This document shows positions 38,029 to 49,014 of a stretch of DNA of 64,000 nucleotides, in pieces. The stretch is from Okamejei kenojei (lineage: Eukaryota): the NCBI GenBank assembly GCA_035221665.1, contig CM069147.1, positions 25,358,001-25,422,000 of the forward strand. Direction: 5' to 3'. The notes beneath the pieces were generated by a model. It had not been told where the DNA came from. It saw nothing but the letters and a program-made list of their open reading frames with translations, and made no database searches. The position numbers and the translations under genes are program-made. Numbering within the stretch: the stretch's first letter is position 1; the number at the start of each line of letters is the position of its first letter.

Positions 38029-40524
38029 TGGTGCTGTGGTGGGTACTTCATGACCAGCCACCACTATCAGTGCATTTTTAGGGTCAGTTTTTCCATTTTA
38101 TTTTTCACTGCCCTTGTTTTCTCCCTCAAGGAGACAACCTTCAGAAATATCTGAGGTAGATATTCCCACCATATTTCATCATATTTTTCCTTTTTATATG
38201 TGAAACCCCCTTAGGGTAGGTTAGGGAATATTTCCATTATTTTCCGTCTGAAGGCCTTTATTAACTTTTTTAATTATGGCCTTTCTGACTTATTTAAAAT
38301 TTTCCCCCCCCCCTACCAAAAGTTTGTGGAGCATCTAAAACTCCCTAACGTATTTTTAACGGTCACCAGTATCGGAACCGGCTCCGTAATTAATCTCCCG
38401 TCCCGATCGCTGGGTATTCCCCCGGGACGTTCTTTTTTAAACTCCGTTGTATTATACAGAGTATTTTTGTTCTATTTTACTCTTTTATTTTATTTTTGTT
38501 TTTAAATTCATTTCGAATCCTGGTTCAATACACCAGGCACGGAGTTTTCCAGACCCTAAAAGTTTTTCAACTGCACTTACCTGCCGGTTCCGTACCTACC
38601 GCTTCGACGAGCTAGCCTCTGCAGCTCTTCCTTCTGCCGTCAGCGTCGACGTAATGCCGTTCCAGTGCCAGGCGGGGTTCTTCACGTAGTCACTCACGTG
38701 ACTCCGAAGTAAAATCAGGAGTTTAACATAACTTGATCTGGTTTAACCTGCAAATCTAAAGTGCAAAATTGGTCCCAATAACAATGACATATATATATAT
38801 ATTTATATTATATATTTTTATCCCATTGAGCTCCACAAACTAATGGCAATTTGTCTTTTAATTTAAAATGTTTTGGTTATTGCACAATGTTTTATTTGTT
38901 TTACATAAGTAGTGATGCCACGCACCAGCTTGAAATACTTTGAAATCGTATTTCCGTATGTCTCCATATAATTGAGACATGGGTACCATAATCGGATTCT
39001 CTGTTGATACCTTAATAAAACATAAAAGTTTTATCAATAACTCTGTTGTTTCAATCATAACAGCTTTGGTGAGAAACCAATTAATTTTGGTTTCCATGGT
39101 TACTTTCCATGGCCTCACTCCTTCATTCAGGTATCGTACCTAGTACACCTGTATATATATTTGTGCTGTGGTGGGTACTTTATGACCAGCCACCACTATC
39201 AATGCACCTTTAGGGTCAGTTTTTTCATATTATTTTACTGCCTTGGTTACTCCTGAGTTTTTCCTCAAGGAGACTACCTCCAAAACAATCCGAGGTAGAT
39301 ATTCCCACAGTTGATAAATTCCACCATATATATTAATGTATGGAAACCCCTCAGGGTCTGTTTTTGGGAATATTCTGGGCCTTTTTATACCATTTGGTTG
39401 AATTTTTTTATTTTTGGAGTCTTTCTCCATTAATTTTAAGCCATAAAGCTTTTTTGTCTGGAGGCCTTTTTATTAGAACTTTTAAATCATGGCCTCTCTG
39501 GCTTTTTTTAATTTCTTCCTCCCCACTGGAGTTTTTTTCTTTTCTTTTTAACTTTTAAACTCCATTGTTCCTCATAGCCAAAAGTTTGTGGAGCAACTAA
39601 AGTCTGCCTAATGGTAATTTTAATGGCCACCGGTATCGGAACCGGCACCGCACTAATCTGCCGTCCCGATCGCTGAGTTTTCCCCTGGGACTCTTTTTAA
39701 ACTCAGTTTTATCCCACCAGAGTATTTTCTTATAAGTTTAACTTTTATTTTATTTTTTGCTTTTAAATTCCGTTTCTTTTTAACTCCTAGTGGCTCTATA
39801 CACCAGCCACGGAGTTTGGATATGCCCTGTAAGTAATGCAACTGTACTTATCTGCGGGCCCGTACCTACTGCTGTACAGGAGCTGCCTCTGCAGCTCTTG
39901 CTCTGCCGTCAGCATCGATGTAATGCCGATCAAGCGCCAGGCGGGGCTTCTTCACGTGACTCCGAAGTAAAATCGATTTGTTACCTCAAATGAATAAAAT
40001 CATTCATGGAATGTGTCTTGTGTGTGACGGAGAGAGCGTGAATCTGCTGCCATGCCTAACCCCCCCCAGGTAGCTCATTGATATTCTACAAGAAAGGAGC
40101 ATTTTCGTCTATGTTCTGTATGGATTTTCGATGGTCGCCATGCCACCCTGAATACAGCAGACGTCAATTCGCATTTAGAAGTAGACTACGAGGTCATGCA
40201 CATCATTAGAATGAACGGTTCCAAAAAATCGGTTTTCCATCGATATTCTGGATTTAAAAAACAAAGGTTTATGTGTTTCTGTGAAGTACAGCACCTCATT
40301 TGTCACTAATGGTATTTCCACTGTTCAGCCACAGCAAGCTAAATCTATCTTCATTTTTCCTACCACTCTCTTGGATTAATTTCAAAGCCTCTATTCGATT
40401 TTGGATCGGATTTCACAGCAAAATTCAGCTTCCTTAATATTCCACGAATAATGCATCGTCTGTAATTCTGTCTGGAGCACACCAGGGTCGCCAAAAGTTG
40501 GAGATTGTTTCCAGCCACACTGTT

Positions 40525-41780
40525 ACATAGAAACATAGAAACATAGAAAATAGGTGCAGGAGTAGGCCATTTGGCCCTTCGAGCCTGCACCGCCATTCGA
40601 TATGATCATGGCTGATCATCCAACTCAGTATCCTGTACCTGCCTTCTCTCCATACCCCCTGATCCGTTTAGCCACAAAGGCCACATCTAACTCGCTCTTA
40701 AATATAGCCAATGAACTGGCCTCAACTACCTTCTGTGGCAGAGAATTCCACAGACTCACCACTCGCTGTGTGAAAAATGTTTTCCTCATCTCGGTCCTAA
40801 AGGAATTCCCCCTTATCCTTAGACTGTGACCCCTTGTTCTGGACCTCCCCAACATCGGGAACAATCTTCCTGCATCTAGACTATCCAACCCCTTAAGAAT
40901 TTTGTAAATTTCTATAAGATCCCCCCTCGGTTTTCTAAATTATAGCGAGTACAAGCCAAGTCTATCTAGTCTTTTCTCATATGAAAGTCCTGACATTCCA
41001 GGAATCAGTCTGGTGAACATTCTTTGTACCCCCTCTATGGCAAGAATGTATTTTCTCAGATTTGGATACCAAAACTGTACGCAATACTCCAGGTGTGGTC
41101 TCACCAAAACCCTGTACAACTGCAGTAGAACCTCCCTGCTCCTATACTCAAATCCTTTCGCTATGAATGCTAACATACAATTTGCTTTCTGCACTGTCTG
41201 CTGTACCCGCATGCCTACGTTAATGATTGGTGTACCATGACACCCAGGTCTCGTTGCATCTCCCCTTTTCCTAATTTACCACCATTAAGATAATAGTCTA
41301 CCCTCATGTTTTTGCCACCAAAGTGGATAACCTTACATTTATCCACATTATACTGCATCTGCCATGCATTTGACCACTCACCCAGCCTATCCACATCATC
41401 TTGCAGCCTCCTAGCATCCTCCTCACACTTAACACTACCCTCAGCTTAGTGTCATCCGCAAACTTGGAGATGTTTCATTCAATTCCCTCATCCAAATCAT
41501 TAATATATATTGTAAATAGCTGGGGTCCCAGCTCTGAGCCTTGCAGTACCCCACTAGTCACTGCCTGCCATTCTGAAAAGGACCCGTTTACTCCTAACCT
41601 TTGCTTCCTGTCTGCCAGCCAGTTCTCTATCCACATCAATACTGAACCCCCAATACCGTGTGCTTTAAGTTTGTATACTAATCTCTCATGTGGGACCTTG
41701 TCGAAGGCCTTCTGAAAGTCTAGATATAACACATTCACTGGTTCTCCCTTATCCACTCTGCTAGTTACATCCTCGAAAAA
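40525..41780 (-). mobile_element. 5'-truncated CR1 LINE
   Basis: ORFs 41475-41756, 40940-41212 and 40625-40888; (CATAGAAA)n tail. Confidence 0.92.
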
Positions 41781-41875
41781 TCACAAGGTGAAGAGTATAT
41801 AACTTTTATCCCTGCGCATTCTTGGACATTCCACAAAATGTCTTGTTGTACCGACACAGCCATAAATCATTACTT

Positions 41876-42390
41876 AACCATATAACCATATAACCATATA
41901 ACAATTACAGCACGGAAGCAGGCCCTTTCGGCCCTTCCAGTCCGTGCCGACCATTTGTTTTCCCCTAGTCCCATCTACCTGCACTCAGACCGTACCCCCT
42001 CCCCCTTCACGTCCATATACCTATCCACTTTACTCTTAAATGTTAAAATCGATCCTGCCTCCACCACTTCTGCTGGAAGCTCATTCCACACAGCCACCAC
42101 CCTCTGAGTAAAGAAGTTCCCCCTCACGTTACCCCTAAACTTCTGTCCCTTAATTCTCATGTCATGCCCTCTTGTTTGAATCTTCCCTACCCTCAATGGG
42201 AAAAACGTATCCACGTCAACTCTGTCTATCCCTTTCATCATTTTAAAGACCTCAATCAAGTCCCCCCTTAACCTTCTGCGCTCCAAAGAATAAAGACCTA
42301 ACTTGTTCAACCTTTCTCTGTAACATAGTTGCTGGAACCCTGGCAACATTCTAGTCAATCTCCTCTGTACTCTCTCTATTTTGTTGACAA
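41876..42390 (-). mobile_element. 5'-truncated CR1 LINE (second subfamily)
   Basis: ORF 41975-42358; (AACCATAT)n tail. Confidence 0.9.
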
Positions 42391-42715
42391 AATAGAGAGA
42401 CTATAAATACTTGTTATGCTCTGGGACATATCCGAGCTGCATTCTTATATACCGTTTCGAATTGGTTGCAGGCAAATATTTGGTTCTTCTGCACCTTAAC
42501 AATGCTTTGATTATATGTTATTTACACACAACTAGCATGAGACAACAATGAAAAAAACAGCAACTGCGTTTATGGGCAATGTTCCTGCATGTTTATTCCC
42601 CGTCGACGTCAACTCGATATAAACAAAGACTGAATTATGCTTTTGAAATAATAGCCTGTCCTATTATTTAACACTCTAAATATACTACAACTGACCATTA
42701 TTTTATTGTTTGCAG

Positions 42716-42814
42716 TTTCTTTACCCAATAATCCATTTCATAACTGGATTTTTGGTTGCATAGGAGCAGGATTGATACCTCTCATAATCATTATTTTCAT
42801 TGTGAAACGAAAAG
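42716..42814 (+). CDS. Exon 4: stalk and transmembrane helix (VSLPNNPFHNWIFGCIGAGLIPLIIIIFIVKRK)
   Basis: Branch-like CTGAC and acceptor ttttattgtttgcag; phase 1-1; 20-residue hydrophobic run followed by a KRK stop-transfer; donor G|gtaaga. Confidence 0.9.
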
Positions 42815-43467
42815 GTAAGACTCGGAAACTTTTTGATCTCGAGATTGTATTGAAATTAACCAATCGGAATTCAGCAATACTTTAGTTAGAAATGCAGCTC
42901 GTAAACAGGTGATTCGGCACCGAACAGCAACCCCAGCATAGTCACACTATCGTACACACACTTGGGAGAATTTACAATTATACCAATCCATTTAATCTAC
43001 AAACCTGTACTTCTTTGGAAAGTGGGAGGACACCGGAGATCCCGGAGAACATAATATTGGAGAGTTATATTGGATCGGACACTGCATGCGGTTAGCTGGT
43101 CTGTGGTACATACGCTCCATCTCACTGAGTGCATCGCTTATCGGAAGCAAACTTTTTAGTTAGTCACCGCTTTGTTCATGAAGGATAGATGCTTGGTGTT
43201 TTGGGGCTGGTTGTGGGATAAGGGGTTGAGTCTGAGAAAATGGGTCGGTGACGCAGAAACTCATTCTGTGATTGAATGTGCTCCGACAACTCGAAGTGGA
43301 CTAATATCCTGTAGGTTTTTAATAATTGGTACCGTGAAATTATTTTTGCAACATACATGTATACAAACTCAAAAGTTTAAAAAAAATGTATATGCTGCTA
43401 GATTTACTGGCTACTACGATTCTTTGTATGGATCAAGAGATTTTTATTCTAAATTACCTCACTGTAG

Positions 43468-43511
43468 GGACGTGCAGAATATCGAAAGGACGTGCAGAGC
43501 ATATAACGAAG
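43468..43511 (+). CDS. Exon 5: juxtamembrane cytoplasmic (GTCRISKGRAEHITK)
   Basis: Acceptor cctcactgtag; donor AAG|gtaaga; supplies the phase 1 to 0 switch needed to keep exon 6 open. Confidence 0.78.
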
Positions 43512-44452
43512 GTAAGATATGTATAATACTGCAGATAGGTCCAAACAGCACTCGGACATGCTCCCAATTATTACCTTCGTTTGGATAATTACGAGATTCT
43601 ACAAGTCAACTTGCGTGATGAAATTGGAGCAAAATGAAATTCCTCAGTAATGCCTTCAAATTCAAACACAGCTGCTGTAGGCCCATTTGTGCACTTGATG
43701 TTTTTTAATGGAAGCATGGCGATAGGAACGTAAACTTAGGAGAAGGAATAAGCGATATGGTCCTTCGACCTTTCTTGGTCGTTCAATAAGTTCATGGCTC
43801 ATCCTGCAAATTTAGTGTCCCGCTCCTACTTTCTCCCAATGTCCCTTGATCCCTGAGACTTGGTTCGCACTGTATCTCTATCACATAACAATGTTCACAT
43901 CATTTTGAATATATCTCATAATTTTGATTCGTGTGATTGTGAAATAGATGTTCTTCTCTCCTGGAGAGGAACGTTGACCCCATTACAGTTTGAAATAGCT
44001 TTTCCCGTATTATTTTACAATGATTCCTGGTACTGGTTTTCCCATCAATGGGGAACAACATAACTCCATTATATCTTTCCCATACTGTGGATTTGTAAAC
44101 AATTGTCTGGGCTGCCTTCTCATGCTTCCAAATTTTTGGGAAATTACCTTAATTTAACCCAATGCATACGTTAGTCTTGACACAGTCTATCAGTCTGTTG
44201 AAATCTCATTGTAACACCATCATTGGAAGATCTCTTCACAGTCAAATTGACCAAATGTGTGCACACCTCTCAAGGAGAGTAGTCGTCAAGGTCTATGCAA
44301 GTCGAGACAATCCTTTTCCGATAGCTTTTTTAAAATCGGAATTTGGCATGCTGCAGGAATGTACGATGTTTAATTATGTCTATTGTAGTAAATTTATCGA
44401 AAATATTTTGATTCGTAGGAAAGAATTTTAACAACATACTGTTTTTTTTTAG

Positions 44453-44563
44453 ACTAAGCATTGGGAACCCAATGAAGGAATTGTTTACAGTACTTTCCTT
44501 ATCGCTGGTGCAAAGCGATCTGCCGAAGATAAATACACAGAACCGAGCACAATATATGCCCAG
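44453..44563 (+). CDS. Exon 6: 111-bp cytoplasmic exon (TKHWEPNEGIVYSTFLIAGAKRSAEDKYTEPSTIYAQ)
   Basis: Poly-T acceptor; phase 0-0; donor CAG|gtatga; ITIM-like IVYSTF and TIYAQ; paralogous to exon 7. Confidence 0.85.
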
Positions 44564-47500
44564 GTATGAGCAACATGCGCCATTTCATTGAGCAGCAGTT
44601 GGATCACAGTTGAATTTAATTGAAACATTTATCTGAGTGCTTCGTTCGTAGCTTTGTCTAATTACAATTAACAAATTGCAGTCTCAAAAGGGGGGAAATC
44701 TAATCGGCAGAATTGATAGCCTTTGCTTTAATTAAAAAACAATTATTTTTCGTGAATAAGAAAGGCTATAATCCACAATGCACCAGTAACTGAAATTCAG
44801 GTGGTGATAAGCGGGCACAATCTTGAATCTCTCCCATGCTTCAGGTAAAGGTGCTGTCAAATTGTTTCGTGTAAATGCTTGGGGGATTTAGACTCAACGG
44901 CGAGGGAGGACCTCCAACCAATTTTAAGTCAGGAACGTGTATGACTCGGAGAGGAACCTACACGTGGCAGTGATCCCATTCAAACTTTGTTCTCTATGCA
45001 TATAGATCAAAAGATTGCTATGCGCTTATGTAATGGATGGGATGAATAGCTGCAGTTTACGTAGTAAATAGTGCACTGGTGAAGGAAATAACTGCTTATG
45101 GTTGGCAAGCAAATGCAGTGATTTGACCTGAATGGTGTCAGGTGTCTGGAATTGGAACATTTGCTGGAACTGCACTCAGCTTGCCAAATGAAAGTCATTC
45201 TATCACATGCCCAAGTTATGCTTTGACGATGAGAAAAGGTTTCGGAGTCAGTAGTTGGGTAGCTTTTCGCAGGATACGCAGCCGACTCTTGTAGCTCTAC
45301 TATTTATGTGGCTAATCCTCGTGCATTTGTGATCTATGATGAGTACTAAAGAGGTGATGTTGGAGGATGCAGTGATCGCAATGCCACTGAAGTTCAGGGT
45401 AATCGGTTGGACTCCATTTTTTGTGGTGTGACCCAACACCTTTAGTCTATCAGGTCGTGAAATTGCCAACAGGGATGGACTATTTGAATTTCTGAGAATT
45501 TGCAAGTGGAACGGAATATGGTGCAAACATTCAGTGAACACCCCAGTTTTGATTTAAGATGGACAGATGGTCATTTATGAGCAATTTAACATGGTTGCGC
45601 CTCCGATACAGCCTAGAATATTGCCTGTGGTGATGGTAATCCTCTCGGATAGTTCATCTGGAGCAATAACAACCAGTGCACCACATGACTCCAATCATAA
45701 AGAACCCAATGATACTGTAATTGGAATATCCCTGTGATAGAAATAGTGGAGAGAACATTCACCTGATTGATCTTTGCGCTGACTGGTTTTGCTACATGGG
45801 GAGATGTTATGAACATATATTGTAGAGAGAATAAAGGCTGTTCACAAAAACCTGCAATATTTTACAGGCCGATAAATAGATGTTGATATTTATCCTGATT
45901 TCGTTGCTTAGAATCAGGCTTTGCAATCTCATAATGAGGATATAGCATCATTGCAGAGATAGCATTATGAACCAAGACTGATCTCTGTAACATGAAGTGG
46001 CAATTGACAATTCAGACACAATGAACAATCTGACAAGATATGATGTCATTATTATATTAGGGAAGCAATGCATTTGAGGTTATTGCATGGTAAGTTTTTT
46101 TATATACAGTATAGTGTGTTAGATATCTATAATTCGATGTCAGGGGACGTGCTTGAATCAGATACAATAAGCGAGTTCGGTATTCCGACTGTGCATGCCC
46201 AGGTCATAGGTCACTAGCTATAAATCAGTCTTGGCAACCATGTTGCTGCATTGTGTGCAGGCTTGCGTCTCGTTCGTAGTCGGGTTGGGGTCGGCTCTCC
46301 ATCGCTGTGGCCCGGGTGCTGTTGGGGCATCCCTCCCCGGTGTCCTGTCCCTGTCCGGAGATGTCCGGGTGGCCCTGGCCTGGCGGGGCGGCCCCGGACT
46401 TGCCCCAGACAGGGCCGTGCTGGTTCCAGCTCGGCTCTGCCTACCCAACCGGATTGGTCCCAGCAACCCTCCACCTCCACCCCCACCCCCTCCCCTCAGT
46501 CCGACGCTGAGATCATGCTGAAGATGGGCAGCCGTCGGCCCTGCTTGAATCCAGGCGACTCAGAACCGCTGCTGCTGGAGTCGTCCCGGTCAGTGTCCCA
46601 TTGATCCGGACGTCTCATGTGGTTGGGGGGGGGGGGGGGAGGTCCTAGGACCGCCCAGTCTCAACCCCTCCCCAGGACCACCTGGTCTCCACCCCCCACC
46701 ATCTGGTCTCCAGCCCCGTCTCCCACTGAAAAATCGGACCAAATGTATACTCACTGTATCTATAGCGCAGAGATCTATTTACTTTTATAGCTTACAACCT
46801 TTGACAAATCCCATGATTCCCTGCGTTTTTCGGAATACCGAACTCACTTATTGCTACATTTATACAGGCTTTTATACGGATACATCCACGGGCAAGCCAT
46901 ATGATCCAAAACTGGCCATAAGTATAGATGGGCAAAAGGTCGGTATTATCACCGACTCTCTGACTGCAAAGCAACACGAGAAAGATTAGTGGTAATATTT
47001 TAACACTACAGTAGAGACACTAAAAGGCACTCCTGAGGCTATTGTTTATTTTTTTACGTTTGGGGCGTTAGCCTGAGTGCGGGCGCTGATATTGCTTTGC
47101 TCGCACTGACTGGGGGGGGGGGGGGGGGGGGGGGAGGGGGCGGGGGTTAGATGATTTAATGGAGATTTAATTGATAGCATATTTCTCCACACGTGCGCAT
47201 TGCCTCATGTAGGTCGATCATTTCACAAATTACGGAAGTTTCGGGGGGGGGAAAAAGCCTGGTTCAGGGCCTAGAGGGTCAAACATTCTTTACTTCAAAG
47301 CTTGTGCTGTCACACCTAAAATTAATCTAAATATCACCGTAATATTTGACTTCACTCAGAAATAACATCAGGTATCGAGTCGGGTTCCGTTTACTGCAAA
47401 ATTCTCAAGACCCCTCAGTGACAGTGGTCGAATGTTTTGCAAAGCCCGGGCATCCTAGCTGAAGAGGACTTGTGGGAGGTGAAGTACAGCATGGTGACTG

Positions 47501-48816
47501 AAAAGATTGAGAAAGTTGCTGTGGTTACCATGCAATCTTTCTGAGTTTGGTAGTCTTATGAATGTTAGAATCGTGGGTTTCATTTTGTAGGCAATGTAAA
47601 TTGGGGACCGTTTGCGAGGTAGTTAAAACTGAAAATAACCTTTCATACGCCATCCTCGCTAATAGTTGTAGTGTAGCTCTTTAAGTGGAAGTGTTTGAAG
47701 ACTGGTCTCTTGTAGCATGTAATAGGGAGCCCCGCGTATTTGTTTAATACAGGGTTCCCTTATATGAAGGGGATGGTCCCAATTATTACATCTGCAATGT
47801 CCCTTCTCTTCCTGGCTAGGGGGTGTGAGCCTGTAATTTTGTATCCAAATTGCACCTACACAATTTTGAATCTCCAGCAAGCCAGTCCAGATGCATCCAC
47901 TAATAACTAAAATCTATCATAGCATCTGGCAGTTTAATTTCGTTCATTGAGTTTCATTGTGTTTCACATGAAATGAAAGTCAGCTGGAAAATCAGTTAAG
48001 TTGGCAATACAAAGTAAAGTCAAATTTAGAATGGAAATTAGTGTTTCAATGGGCCACTCTGTGACAGTAAGAATAAAACACGTGTCCAATTGCAGCCTGG
48101 TTACCATGCACCATAGTTTGATGCACTAAACGGTGAATCAACAAGTAAGGATATTCGGTATTGGAAAATGTTTGAACTGATAAATTAGAGAAACATCAGA
48201 AAATGGTAAATAGAAAATGTTTTTCACTCACTTGCATTTTTCAATGACTCAGCAGAAAAGCTTAAAGAACGAAAAACATCCCAAGTGAGCATTTAATAAA
48301 ATGCAGACAGAAGGCTTGCAAATGAGTCTGTGGCCAAATGAATAAAATATAACACATAACGGGGACCAGTGGAAGGAGCTGTCCCCATTCAATTGAACCA
48401 TAGCTAGTTGAATAATAGACACAAGAGACAACATTTACTTTCAATCGGATCAACTTTGGGAGATTGTGCAGATGAGGCCTTCAGCAACTATTTCCATGCA
48501 GGAACTTTAAAAACAAATTGAATTGCCCTAGTTATCAGTATATTTGATTTGGCTAGTCTTATGCATTAGTCTTATTTGGCTAATGCACAGTCTTAGGTTT
48601 AGCCAATGATCACTGTACAATCCAGAACAGTGATAAATGAATCATTTGTTTTTTTACAGAAGGAAAAATAATATTAATATAATAACATTTTTCATATTAT
48701 TAAAGGCATTTGGTATTTTGCTAACATTTACAATGTCCGTTACTGGCGGCAGTGGTGTATTTTTGGAAATATGTTGATTGATGTAATAATTATAATAACT
48801 TGCTGATAACTTTCAG

Positions 48817-48927
48817 ACAATGCAATCCGAATGTGATCCAAAGTTAACTTATACTACTCTAAACATCGCTGGTCTAGATACATCTATTAAATCCAGATAC
48901 ATTGAAGAAGGCATGATATATGCCCAG
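48817..48927 (+). CDS. Exon 7: 111-bp cytoplasmic exon (TMQSECDPKLTYTTLNIAGLDTSIKSRYIEEGMIYAQ)
   Basis: Acceptor actttcag; phase 0-0; consensus donor CAG|gtaagt; canonical ITIM LTYTTL. Confidence 0.85.
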
Positions 48928-49014
48928 GTAAGTGTAATAAGAGCCAATTAATGGAACAACTATGAATCAAAGATGAATGTATGTTAACCAATTATCTTTG
49001 TAAGGTGTTTGTCG

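Larger units (their letters stand above)
33763..38715 (-). mobile_element. Non-autonomous decayed DIRS (subfamily A), inner copy nested in the previous one
   Basis: Has its own AATAGTAAGATT and CTCCGAAGTAAAAT ends; interior paralogous to the outer copy along its length. Confidence 0.92.
30221..39973 (-). mobile_element. Non-autonomous decayed DIRS (subfamily A), outer copy (30221-33762 and 38716-39973)
   Basis: Termini and ICR nearly identical to the 20716 copy; interior collinear with YR/MT/RH/RT/gag but with no long ORF. Confidence 0.92.

Noticed and set aside
43172-43588. 138-aa ORF
   Set aside because: Overlaps exon 5 in another frame, has a non-ATG start and no domain.
42814-44457. Direct splice from the TM exon to exon 6
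   Set aside because: Gives GAC TAA, an immediate stop; exon 5 resolves the phase.
45868-45879. Acceptor tttacag followed by ADK* as a terminal exon
   Set aside because: Only three codons and no other support.
46214-47340. Overlapping GC-rich ORFs as a gene
   Set aside because: Stop-poor GC-rich DNA with no recognisable domain. Probably an unclassified repeat whose termini I could not define.
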